A DNA stretch of 59,274 nucleotides, filler included, from Sphacelaria rigidula (Eukaryota), in the NCBI GenBank assembly GCA_964200075.2. It is 9 parts of 9 records of this genome, joined end to end, with 100 filler letters (N's around TTAATTAATTAA, not from the genome) between each part and the next. Parts side by side here need not be neighbours in the genome. Positions count along the whole stretch, not along the records: positions 32,987 to 39,483 come from CAXNAA020019727.1; positions 39,584 to 46,080 come from CAXNAA020019728.1; positions 46,181 to 52,677 come from CAXNAA020019729.1; 6 more parts are not named here. One strand, 5' to 3'. The position numbers were made by a program, and so were the translations under genes. The notes under the pieces are model-generated. The model was given only the letters and a program-made list of their open reading frames with translations, had not been told where the DNA came from and ran no database searches. Shown here one piece after another: positions 36,510-46,987 of the stretch (position 1 is the first letter of the stretch; each line of letters begins with the position of its first letter).

Positions 36510-36805
36510 CCTAGGACTAGAACCGGGACTGGAGCTGGGAATAGCCCTGGGGCTGGCCTTGAAAGTGGTTCTAGGACCGGGACTAGAGCTGGGAATAGTC
36601 CTGGGATTGGTCTTAAAAGTGGTTCTAGGATCGGGGCTGGAGCTGAGAATAGTCCTTGAACTGGTCTTAGAAATGGTTCTAGGACCGGGACCGGAGCTGG
36701 GAATAGTCCTGTGACTTGTCTTGGAAGTGGATATAGGACTGGCACCGGAGCTGGGAGTAGTCCAGGGACTCGTCCTGGAAATGTTCCTAGAACGGGGACT
36801 GGACG
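36510..36805. repeat. 54-bp tandem repeat, about 5 units
   Basis: Unit GGTTCTAGGACCGGGACTAGAGCTGGGAATAGTCCTGGGATTGGTCTTAAAAGT. Confidence 0.9.
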
Positions 36806-37765
36806 ATGAACTTGGAGAAAGTTGTTGTGAGAAGTGCAGCAGGGTCTCGGCTGCAATTATATTTTACTGTATCCAGAGCTTTGAAATGTGAACAAAAGCA
36901 TGAGTAAGCAGAGGACGGCAGGGACCAGTAGAACGTAGAGTGAGTACACCTTGGGTGTTTTATTTTCGCAACCTTTCAGGGGCACAGTACTGTATTCAGA
37001 AGGTCTTTTATTTATCACGTGCGAGTATTACAGTAATGAGTTTTGTACCTGTTTTTGTCCATATTTTTTGTGAGCATTTTTCTTGTTCTGTTTCGCATTG
37101 TCATCAGTGGAGAGCAAAATGTAGAAGTGTCGCGTATCGGCAAGCTGCGACCGGAAGGGTGGAGCCTGAGGCGAAAGGTGAAGGCTTACGGCATAGCTGA
37201 ACGTTTTGGAGCAATTCAGCTGTCTGAATGTGTCTTGAATATTTGATTGATTGATTGTCGCACTTTATTTGAGACCATTATTTGCATTTTGCCATTTTCA
37301 TGATTATCGGCATAATTCATCTCCTTTTAGTTTTTTGGGGGGTATTTTCAGTTTTTATGAGCGACTAGGCAGCAGACCCGCCGTCAATCAATCCGAAGGA
37401 AATATAGCGCGGTCTAGACGCATGCCCCCATCCCGTCGAGCCATGAGCGAACAAGAGGTGCTCTTGGCCTGGTATGATACAATATTCTGGAAAATGGTCA
37501 TTCTCAGCAGACCTGTGATCTGTACTCATTTCATGCCCTGGACAAAGGATCAATTACATTGGCAAAAAGTGTACTGCGTGCCGTATCGAATCTACCGTCT
37601 GTTGCAAAGTAGACGGGTTTACATTCGATACCGCACGTAGCACACTTTTTTGCCAACGTTGTTGTCAATTTGTCGTTGGTATGCTTCATGTCAGTAGAAA
37701 CGCCCCTCTTGCGATCTTATTCTTTTCGAGACTCCACTCATTCTCGCCCCTTTTTTTGGGGTACT

Positions 37766-38034
37766 GACACTTTCAACGATAACCCCCCCCCGAAACCAGC
37801 CCCCCCGAAACCAGCCCAAAAGTATCACGAAAAAAATAGTCATGCAGCGTTCGATGGTTGGGTTCAGGCTGCATGAAGCGCCTCATACGGGCGACAGTGG
37901 CGAGAACGAACCCAAGCGTGGGAATTCCCAGCTGTGCTCGTTGTGCTCGGCTTCTTCCATTTCGATTTATGTGAAGATTTTGCCTCCCCAAACCAGGCAT
38001 TTTTTTGGGGGGGGGGGCTAACGTAGAAAGGGTC
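37766..38034. mobile_element. MITE with GAC termini and 4-bp TSD (TACT)
   Basis: Homologous along its length to 8282-8531; TACT at 37762-37765 and 38035-38038. Confidence 0.9.
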
Positions 38035-38747
38035 TACTGCATCACGAGCAAGGTCTGCTGGATAAATCAAGGAGTATAGCCATGCAGCTGATTGTGCCGT
38101 CTCTGCCGTGTGGTAGATGTTTCTCTTTTTCTTTTTCTCTTGCAGTACTTTCTGTTTTGTTCACCTTGGGTATATCCATATCCATCTTATGGATGATGAG
38201 CACTCCGGGGTCCCTCAAAAGATGCACAATACATGGAGCGACATTTGCATGTTCGTGGGGGGGGAAAATCGAGAACGGAAATCGAGGCAAAGACCCAGAA
38301 ACTCTTACTTACCCTGTGAGGAAAAAATGCTTCTTCACCGCTGTACCCTGAAAGTGGCGAAATATCAGAAGGTTTACCCTCGTCCTGACCGATCACCGCC
38401 CTCCAAGTGAAAGGTCGTTTGTGTTTTGCTGGTCATTTCAAGCATGTGTCAAGGTTGTCGTTGGAGTATGACGTAGTTTGTTTGGTGTCTGTCCTACCTT
38501 AACCTGTGTGTGGTCATCATCCTCTTGACTCATTTTCTGTGTTTAAAATCATTTCCCTTTCTTTGTTTTTCCTTTTGTTTATTCCTTCTGGTCCTTCACG
38601 TTTCCCTTCTTCACTCTTTTTTTTTTCTCGACTCTTCTTAATTCCTGTTCATTCTCGTTTCCTCCTTTTTTTTCTTCTTCCCTTTATCACTTTGTTTTTG
38701 TTCCCCTTCATTTCGGGGCGTTCATGATTTTTTTTCCCCCTGGGTAG

Positions 38748-38899
38748 GACCATCGCGAACAGGCGCTGCTGTCGAAAGAAGCGTTCAACGCGGAGATGGC
38801 TGACGTTCTGTTTTCTCTGACCGCCGATGGCGCGGCGGCGGCCCGCGCCAGGGAGCTCGCTGGAGTACCGCTAATCGCACCGGATCTTCGCAAGAGATG
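38748..38899 (+). CDS. Candidate internal exon of an unidentified host gene
   Basis: Long pyrimidine tract plus TAG acceptor, GT donor at 38900; DHREQALLSKEAFNAEMADVLFSLTADGAAAARARELAGVPLIAPDLRKR. Confidence 0.55.
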
Positions 38900-39122
38900 G
38901 TGATGTTGTTCTTCTGGTCTGAGTATTTCCTATTTACTATTCAAGTCGTCAACTGAGTTTGTTTGACGTACAGTAAGTTGACACGGTGCGGGAGTGCTGA
39001 TGGTCATGATCCAATCCACGAGACCAAAATGTAAGGTGTGTACTGGGGAGAGGTGGGTTGGTCCCTTGAGAACACGGACTCGTCTCGAGGAAGGGGAGGG
39101 GTTCAAAGTGCGACAAATAACA

Positions 39123-39125
<3 letters not shown>

Positions 39126-39179
<54 letters not shown>
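39126..39179. repeat. (AAT)n microsatellite
   Basis: Directly visible. Confidence 0.97.
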
Positions 39180-39184
39180 GCCTC

Positions 39185-39415
39185 GCCCCCCCAAACCAGC
39201 CGCTAACACTGACTCGAAGAAATGGCCACGCAGCACATGATAGATGGTTTCAGACCGCATGAAGCGCCTCACATGGACGACACTAGCGAAAGCGACCCCA
39301 AGCGTGGGGGTTCCCAGCAGCATGGTATCCTCGGCTTTGGTCATGTTGATTTCACATGAAGATTTTGCGTCCTCAAACCAGCCACATTTCTGGGGGGAGG
39401 GGGGGGGGGGGGGTG
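39185..39415 (+). mobile_element. Diverged copy of the GAC-type MITE, ends eroded
   Basis: Shares CCCCCCAAACCAGCC, GCATGAAGCGCCTCA, CCCAAGCGTGGG and TGAAGATTTTGC with 37766-38034. Confidence 0.7.
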
Positions 39416-39483
39416 TGTTCTTGATTTTGCTTGCTGACGCGATATGACCTTTGCCTTGGGGGGGGGCGGGGGGGGGGGGCTTT

Positions 39484-39583
39484 NNNNNNNNNNNNNNNNN
39501 NNNNNNNNNNNNNNNNNNNNNNNNNNNTTAATTAATTAANNNNNNNNNNNNNNNNNNNNNNNNNNNNNNNNNNNNNNNNNNNN
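39484..39583. other. Artificial contig linker
   Basis: N44-TTAATTAATTAA-N44. Confidence 0.98.
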
Positions 39584-39738
39584 CCCCCCACGCCCCGCCG
39601 CGAAAGGCCTGCCTAGCTCTGCTTAAAGCCACTAAGGCAAGCAACAAATGAGTACCCCCCCCCCCCCCCCTTCTGCGAAAGGGATGCGTGGTCAATGGTC
39701 AGACGACTAATGCGAACAACAAATGAGTACGCCTCCCC
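39584..39738 (+). repeat. Tandem poly(C)-ended module (M3)
   Basis: Two units, each ending CAACAAATGAGTAC plus a C-run. Confidence 0.85.
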
Positions 39739-39764
39739 ATATGCCATGCAGAGCTCGTTTGGGC

Positions 39765-40303
39765 AATTATCGTAGTTTTCCTATAGAACTCTTCCTTAGC
39801 ACTCGGATGTACTAGCGTCGATAGATATCAGGGGGGAAAGCAGTCGTTGTCAGGACACAATGCTCAGGTTTTGTCGGGGTGACACGGAGTGAGTACGTCG
39901 TCCATCACGGGGTGTTATCGACTGTCACTGATTCAAAAACACAGTTTGTTTTTCGGCTCTAGCGCAATGAAAAGGTAGGATTCAAAAAATGTCCCTTTAC
40001 AATTGTTCATGAAAACGATCGGTATTGCTTCAATCGAGCAAAAATTCCCAAGGGTCAAAACCTGACGCTGGGTAGTTGCAGGACCCCCGAGGATCGGTCA
40101 GTCCGTAAGTCGTCCGAACTTGAGTGCAGAGGTGATTTTGTCTCGGAATGTGGAACAGATACCTAGAAGCTCCTGATCCCCAAGCTCTGGGATCAAACGG
40201 TCACTAGGATGAGTGATGGCACGCGAAAAACTGTTGAAAATCGTACACCACGAAAAATTGTAAAAAAAATGAAAAAAAAACTTGTTTCAGCTGTACTCTA
40301 CTG
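39765..40303. mobile_element. TA-MITE family member (left end not found)
   Basis: Ends CTACTG|TA; internal GCAGGACCCCCGA...GGTCAG motif shared with 5180-5729 and 50792-51694. Confidence 0.6.
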
Positions 40304-40318
40304 TATGAAAAAGTTCAC

Positions 40319-40458
40319 CTGAGAAACTGCTTCGGAACTTTCTTCTTGATGACGTCGTCTCTCAGTCGCTTGGCGCTCTTGTGGTACGCCCAGCACAGAA
40401 ACTCGGGACAAAGGCGAAGATTCGCGGCTTCTCCCCACAGCAAGAGGTTGAGCGCGAT
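40319..40458 (-). CDS. 1,3-beta-glucan synthase (GT48, FKS1/callose synthase-like) exon
   Basis: AG/GT-bounded; IALNLLLWGEAANLRLCPEFLCWAYH is the FKS1 domain-1 signature WGEAANxR..PE. Confidence 0.93.
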
Positions 40459-41159
40459 CTGTGTTGGAAGAAAAGACAAGACGCACGGGTCATGGAAGAC
40501 AAAACGAGTTTCACGCTCGTCATCACGCCAGTTCGGACGTATCTGACCCGTGCCAAGTGCCGTTCAAGGATGGTTGAAAACCAACCGGGCATCATGCGCA
40601 TTCATAAATTTGAACCAACACTATCAAAGTGTCCGGCTTTTGAATGCGCTGAAGAGACCGACCGGCCAGAACACCATTAGTCGACGCCAACTCGCAAACT
40701 CTGCTAGGACCCCATGTTGGCTACAATAATCTTGTCGGATAATCGTTCATCGTTCATCGTTCATCGTTCATCGTTCCTTGGGTAGATCTCGTCGAGCCAA
40801 CCTCCATCAAGAACACAAACGCAAGAGAGAAGACACACAGGCCCTGCAATGAGTGGGTTCGCTACACACGGAGCTGTGAATGATCCCGAGCTTTTTTCCC
40901 GCGCATGCTTTGTGCGGACAAGCACCAAAACGGGAATGGCACGCCTGCCTGAAAGAGCATCATGACACATTCAAGAACGATACGAAGTATGACACATTTC
41001 GAAGAAATATGATGACACTCACATGGAGTATGACGTACTTCAAAGCGGTGCTCGAGACGGGGTTTTTTTTGTCTTTTGTCTCACTTCCAGCCCCTTCCCT
41101 TCGTCTTTCCTCGGAACCAGTCCGTGAACCAATCCGTGAACCAATCCGTGGTCCCAAGG

Positions 41160-41410
41160 GGTTAACTCATCTCTCCCTCGACACCCGACACGCACCTTGC
41201 ATTGTGGTATCGCGGATTGAATCACCTCTTGCGTAGGGCATCGACTCTAGTGAAAACATCTTCCATTGCCCGCGTCCTCATGGTTTCATCGGTGAAAATC
41301 AGATATTTTTCCGAAAAACAAATCAAACCTCTCCACCGGAAATCGAACCTGCATCATCGCGACCTAGCAGCTGCTTTCAGGTCCGGCAGGTCGACCGTTA
41401 GGGCGCGGCG
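41160..41410 (-). repeat. tRNA-derived SINE-like repeat (homologous to 43265-43520)
   Basis: B-box-like GGTTCGATTTCC on minus; shared AACTCATCTCTCC and GTATCGCGGATTG. Confidence 0.55.
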
Positions 41411-41743
41411 ATCACACCGTGACTTGAAAACAGCAGACGCTACTGCTACTATACTGTAGTGCGATTTGGCACCATCTCGCAACAACACAAATGTCACCTA
41501 CTGATGGCACGTACCTCCTATCCGCAATGGTATGCAAACCGGACATGACGTGGCAGCATCGTCCAGCAAAAACCTTGCCCTTCGGCGAGTGGAAAAAAAC
41601 ACTTCATCGTATCGTATGACAACCTCCAACAAAGTACGCACCACCTGCCTGACCTGTTGCTGTTCACTGCTTCATCCCTGAATAGGATAACGAACGAATG
41701 ATACGATCATACGCCAGACACATGAACCACACACGTACGGTAC

Positions 41744-41822
41744 CTCGAATGAGCAGGCCAGACGAACATCATTCGGCAGCACGTTCTTCAACTTGATTTC
41801 CCAGGTCCACAAGTGCCGACAC
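41744..41822 (-). CDS. 1,3-beta-glucan synthase exon
   Basis: AG/GT-bounded and phase-compatible with both neighbours; (W)CRHLWTWEIKLKNVLPNDVRLACSFE. Confidence 0.85.
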
Positions 41823-43264
41823 CTGCGAAAAAAAGCAGGCACGCACACACAAACACACATCCACACAGGCAATGTTGGATTTTTCCGGCGGGAAAAGTAA
41901 CGGCTGTCCAAGCACCATTGACACACGCACACCCACACACACATATCTCCAGGGTGTAGGACGTCGGATATCCGTATACACCTGGGAAGATAGGACACCA
42001 ATCAACGCCTCCATCGGCAGCTGCAGCCCACCACAAGGGAACGCAACGTGGGCTCTGGAGGTGAACATCGCGACATATATTGATGACTATTCATGACGGG
42101 ATAGGCGCACGCATGACGTGAGACCCGGGTGATTGCATCCAAAACTGCTGTGCTACTGGCGATGAATATGTGGGTCACCCGACAGATTACGTAGGGTCGG
42201 CTAGACCTTTCCCAACGACAGATCATTACTATTATTGATGAGTAGCATCGTAGTTGGAGCGACATGATAGGGTGAACATATCTGACTCCGGTGTGCTTCT
42301 CCAAATGCTTCGCACACGAGGCGAATGATTATGCGTATGGTTCGTGGCGTACGGACTCATCGTTGTCAAAAATACGTATCTTGTTCACCTTGTACGAAGG
42401 ACTAAGGAAGCGTGGGAAAAACGTGTGTCAAACTGGTGCTGCACGGATCTCACGCAGAACTTATGAATGCATCACTATGAAGAAATCACAGCAGGAAACA
42501 TCTCGGGAAGGCTCGTGCCGTACAAATCACGAGTGCGAAACAGTTGGAAGTAGTCGCACCGCACGAATCACGTGTGGACAAAATATTGCCAAGAGTAGAA
42601 CAGTGCGAATCAACGGCGGGGGAAATATTGGAAAGAGTCGTACCGGACGAATCAACGGTGGAGAAAATGGTTTTTAGGAGTCATACCGTACGAATCAATG
42701 GTGGAAAAAAAGTGTACGTGTGAAACATGAGGGACAAATGACACAACCGATTCGCGCAAAAGATTGGTTTAGGTATATCATGACTTGATTCGTCTGAAGT
42801 GTGAAGGGATTCAACCCTTGGACTACAGTGGAAAGTTTTCGATGCACTCGCAACAGTAACGTTGACAATAAAAATCGAATGACAAATATCAGGACTGGGT
42901 ACGCGTGAAGTCACTAGAAAATGACCGCAGTAGTTTTTTGCAGCCAAAGCCTCTCTTCATCAGCGCTACGGTACCAGACCGTGAGATATGACCGCTGTGC
43001 ACTGAAGCAGCAGCCCTTCCAAGAGCACGAGCCTTTTTTCACCGTAGTTCAGTTATACTGAAGGACAGTCCGCTATCCCAAGGTCAAGTCTTCACGACGA
43101 TATGGCAGCTACTTTGGCCGAAGAAAAACGAGGAAGCAAGTCAGCCATATCCTAGATGGGAGCAGAACCGCACACGCCAATCACATAGCTACGATGTTCT
43201 TCTCTGTCGTCACATTTTCAACCCCTCCCTGTCCTCGGGACGAGTGCGTGGTGTTGAGGGCATC

Positions 43265-43520
43265 ACTCAACTCATCTCTCCACCGGAACACGACATACAT
43301 TTCTGTATCGCGGATTGGATCATAACCAACACTCCCGCACCATATCGACTCTCGTCGCAAAACAGTCTCGTTGCTACTCATGTCCTGAGTCTTTCAGCAA
43401 CGGAAAACAAATATTTTCCGGAAAAAAAGGCGGGGGGGACATGCATCCTTCGGGAATCGAACCCGCCGTCTTCCGACCTAATGGCTTCCAGCTGCACCAT
43501 TGGACTGCCAAGGCCCGCCA
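43265..43520 (-). repeat. tRNA-derived SINE-like repeat
   Basis: Minus strand has A-box-like TGGCAGTCCAATGG, B box GGTTCGATTCC, then a T-run. Confidence 0.6.
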
Positions 43521-43625
43521 ACTACCTTTGATCATAAACGCGAGAGTAACGATCATGGAAAGCTGCGTCCGATGGAAACACGGCGACACAACGTCTCGCG
43601 CGTGATCAATCGAAGTCTCTCTCAC

Positions 43626-43775
43626 CATTTCTTGTAGTTTGCCAGCTGTTCTTTGCGCCATTGTCGCAACACGCCGGACACGAAGGCAGGCTTGAGCGAA
43701 CTCTTGGAAGGTCCGTTCCCGTCCCTGTCCATGCTCCGCGCTAAGCGACTCGCCAGTAGAGTGATTGCATTTTCC
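43626..43775 (-). CDS. 1,3-beta-glucan synthase exon
   Basis: AG/GT-bounded; (R)ENAITLLASRL...WRKEQLANYKKW. Confidence 0.9.
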
Positions 43776-44297
43776 CTGCCGTGTGCCGGATAAAGTGCTA
43801 CATCATCATCAACATCATAATTTCCTTACATTAGCCCGAATCTCTCGAAACCGTGATCACAGACGTACGCTTATCTTTCTAGTACCGTCACTACTATAAG
43901 GTACATGAGATAGCAACGCGTGTGGAGCGGCTTCTTCTGAGACTCGAAGAAAACAAACGAATTCAACCAATAATCGAGAGACGAGAACAAAATACAAGAG
44001 ACAGAAAAAGCCCCCATAACCGACGAACCACAAGTATACCACCACGGGAAACACGATTTTGAACCCTTGATTTCCTCCAACAATGACACGGCGACCAATA
44101 ATAACGAACGTTGCGTCGTTGGAAAGGTCTATTCCGGATTCATCAGTGAACGGATTATTTGATTATTTTGGCAGTGTACGGTCTTCCCCTCCTTGAGAAA
44201 ATGCATCTTGCAAATGACTGTTGAAAACGTAGTCACCGGGTATGTAGTACTCTGCCTCGCGGTACAGTGCAGTAATCACGGGGTGATGAAAGCGTAC

Positions 44298-44386
44298 CTT
44301 TGATTTCTGACGCTGTCGCGCTGGAACCCGAACAGTTGCGCGAGGAGGTCGAAAACGTCCACGTCTTCCTCGCTGAAGTCGCTGCT
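44298..44386 (-). CDS. 1,3-beta-glucan synthase exon
   Basis: AG/GT-bounded; SSDFSEEDVDVFDLLAQLFGFQRDSVRNQ(R) matches the FGFQxDNVxNQ motif. Confidence 0.92.
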
Positions 44387-44440
44387 CTGTAAAAAGGCAA
44401 CACCAATCAATATCAAGTCGAAACGACGCATACGTCGGAG

Positions 44441-44820
44441 AGCTCATGAGCTAGCTCATCTGCGAGCCGTAGCTCAATTGTGATCAAACATGCACATGCC
44501 AGCTACGTCCGATAGCTCACCCAAGGTAAACATGCGCTGATGGGCTACGGGTTGGGAGCTCACCCAGGATAAACACGCGTAGCTCATGTAGCTCTCGTAG
44601 CTCACCCACTGCCAAGATGAGCTGATGGGCTACGGATTGGTAGCTCACCTAGGCCAAATATGCGTAGCTCATGAAGCCCTCGTAGCTCACCCAAGGTAAA
44701 CATGTGCTGATGAACTACGGGTTGGTAGCTCACCTGGGGCACACATGCGTAGCTCATGCAGCTCTCATAGCTCACTAGGGAGCTACGCTAAAAAAGAGCT
44801 AGTTCGAGCTACAGGGAGCT
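44441..44820. repeat. AGCT-rich 85-bp tandem repeat (3 units plus flanks)
   Basis: TAGCTCAC recurs at 44513, 44598, 44683 and 44768. Confidence 0.9.
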
Positions 44821-45499
44821 GATTCATTGATTCACTTGTTCATTCGTTGATTGTCGCACATTAACTGGTTGATCAACATTAACGACGGATCCAGCCGTGG
44901 TCATTAGACAGACGTACCCAAGGTGAACGAAACGGAAAACGGAAACACTCGCTGAAGATGAAAAAAATCAAGGAGATAGAAACGTACAACAGACAGAGTA
45001 GACTGGAAGGGGGGGCGGGGGGGTAAAAACAACAGAAACAACAAAACGAGAGCGGAAGGCAGTACATAAATAAATGAGAAATGGAGAGAAAAAAAACGTT
45101 CAAGATTGAACATCACCCCACGGCCATCTTGTACTTTTTACTATCCACCGTCGGGGCTACTACAACGAGGACTGACAAACTGGTGTACGCTTCCAACAAC
45201 CCGAAATGTTGATGTTATGAATCTCGCAGTGGGAATCGCAAGGTACCGTCGTCAAAACCCAGGCACAACACATTGAAGCGGGTATAATGGTGAGCATACG
45301 TCCATACACGGCGCACCTAGTCAAAACGTTCAGGAAGTACCAAGTATGTAGAGGTAGCAGCGCTTACGTTGGAAGCAAAAAGCCCGTACGAGGTATGCAC
45401 GTGTACTGCGCAGCCATGACTGCGTACAAGTAGTACGGTACACCCAAGCACTGGACACACACGCAACACATGAGCGATCCGCTTGTGAAGTAATAATAC

Positions 45500-45542
45500 C
45501 TTGTTTTCCTTGTGCCCCGGCTTCGTCCTGCTGCTGTTCATC
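45500..45542 (-). CDS. Candidate upstream exon of the glucan synthase
   Basis: CAG/GT-bounded, MNSSRTKPGHKENK, phase-0 end fits the next exon; short and not conserved. Confidence 0.45.
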
Positions 45543-46080
45543 CTGGGATCCGAACACGTTCAACACAAGACCACGCAGCAGCATAGCAGAGGGGCGGCCA
45601 CGTGAAGAAAACGCACCATGCTTCAACAGCCCAGGGGCTCTTGCTAAGTTGCCCGTGGAATGTGAACCGTTTCGCCGGGCCCAATGAGGAGGCCATCGAC
45701 ATACCGGTGAATTTCCCAGGACAACTAAGTCACGCGCCACCACAGGATAACTCAGTCGTGGACCAAAATCGTCAAGAATGACCAACTACCACAAGCTTCG
45801 CCTGACTACCGTACAGCGCAATACCGCCCACTTTGTCCGCTACGTTTGGCACCGAGATTGCCTTCACGCCCCCCCCTCGGCCCCCAACGGTTGACGGTAT
45901 ATCTTCGGTGGGGCTGGGGTCATAGAGACAGCAGTGGTACCGTTAAATGAGGTTACGTCAGATTGCTGTGATCATACCCAAGGGGTGGAGAGTGGCACTC
46001 TACACATGAAAAAAAAAAGCGGGACCTAAGAAACAGAACTGCGCGTGCTCCCATGCGGGCGCGGTCAGCAAATTCTGCCC

Positions 46081-46180
46081 NNNNNNNNNNNNNNNNNNNN
46101 NNNNNNNNNNNNNNNNNNNNNNNNTTAATTAATTAANNNNNNNNNNNNNNNNNNNNNNNNNNNNNNNNNNNNNNNNNNNN
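46081..46180. other. Artificial contig linker
   Basis: N44-TTAATTAATTAA-N44. Confidence 0.98.
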
Positions 46181-46854
46181 TAGTGGAGGTGCGCGGAGGC
46201 GCACGCGCCGGGGCGCACGACGCCGGCGGGAGCACCGGGGGGGGAAGCATGGAAGGAGAAAATCAAGAAGAACTTGCCTTCAAATGAGCAAAGTGTGTGT
46301 GAATGAGCACAGGAGCATCTGATACCCAAGAATATTCAAGTCATGTAAAGAATAAACACGTGCGCGTGAATGGCAGCGCACACGACCAAAGTGCTCTGTG
46401 GTGCACTTGGGCTCAATCCATGTCGACGTGCGTTGGCGTTGACTAGCGCTGTCCTTGTATCATGACCTAAGGTAAACAAGCAAGCCGAAACATAGAAGCG
46501 CGGCGCTTCCACGAGCGACGGGACAGTTAGACAAGAAATGTACTGCGTAAAGCATAGGTCTATTGCAACTTTTTTCGGCCGGGAATAGTTCCAGTAGGCC
46601 TATACTTCACGCAGTACATTTTTTGTTCACTGCAACGATTGACCAGAGATTGTACAAGGTGTGGTATGTTGACGGTACTTTCGGAACACAAACAAAAGAC
46701 ACGCAAGAGCAAGCACGATGCAAAGCAAGGAAACTGAAGAAGCGCTCCAGAGGGGAACATCCGAAGGAGGCGTTCGCAAGAGCAAACGCATCCGGATCAA
46801 GGATGGCATTGCTTCACGTTGTCTCAGACTACAGTTTTTCATTCCATCCAATAC

Positions 46855-46987
46855 CTGTGGGCATCTCCAGCAGGCAGTGTCCCTTTGCATCAAGCGACCG
46901 CTTCAGCTCCAGCATATAGTCATACTGCTCAGGGTACATGAACTCGTAAGGGAAGAACACATCCAGTCCGTCGAGATCGAACCTCAT
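46855..46987 (-). CDS. ERCC2: TFIIH helicase XPD/Rad3, first coding exon
   Basis: [45 protein letters not shown] is the canonical XPD N-terminus up to Walker A; GT donor at 46853-46854. Confidence 0.95.
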
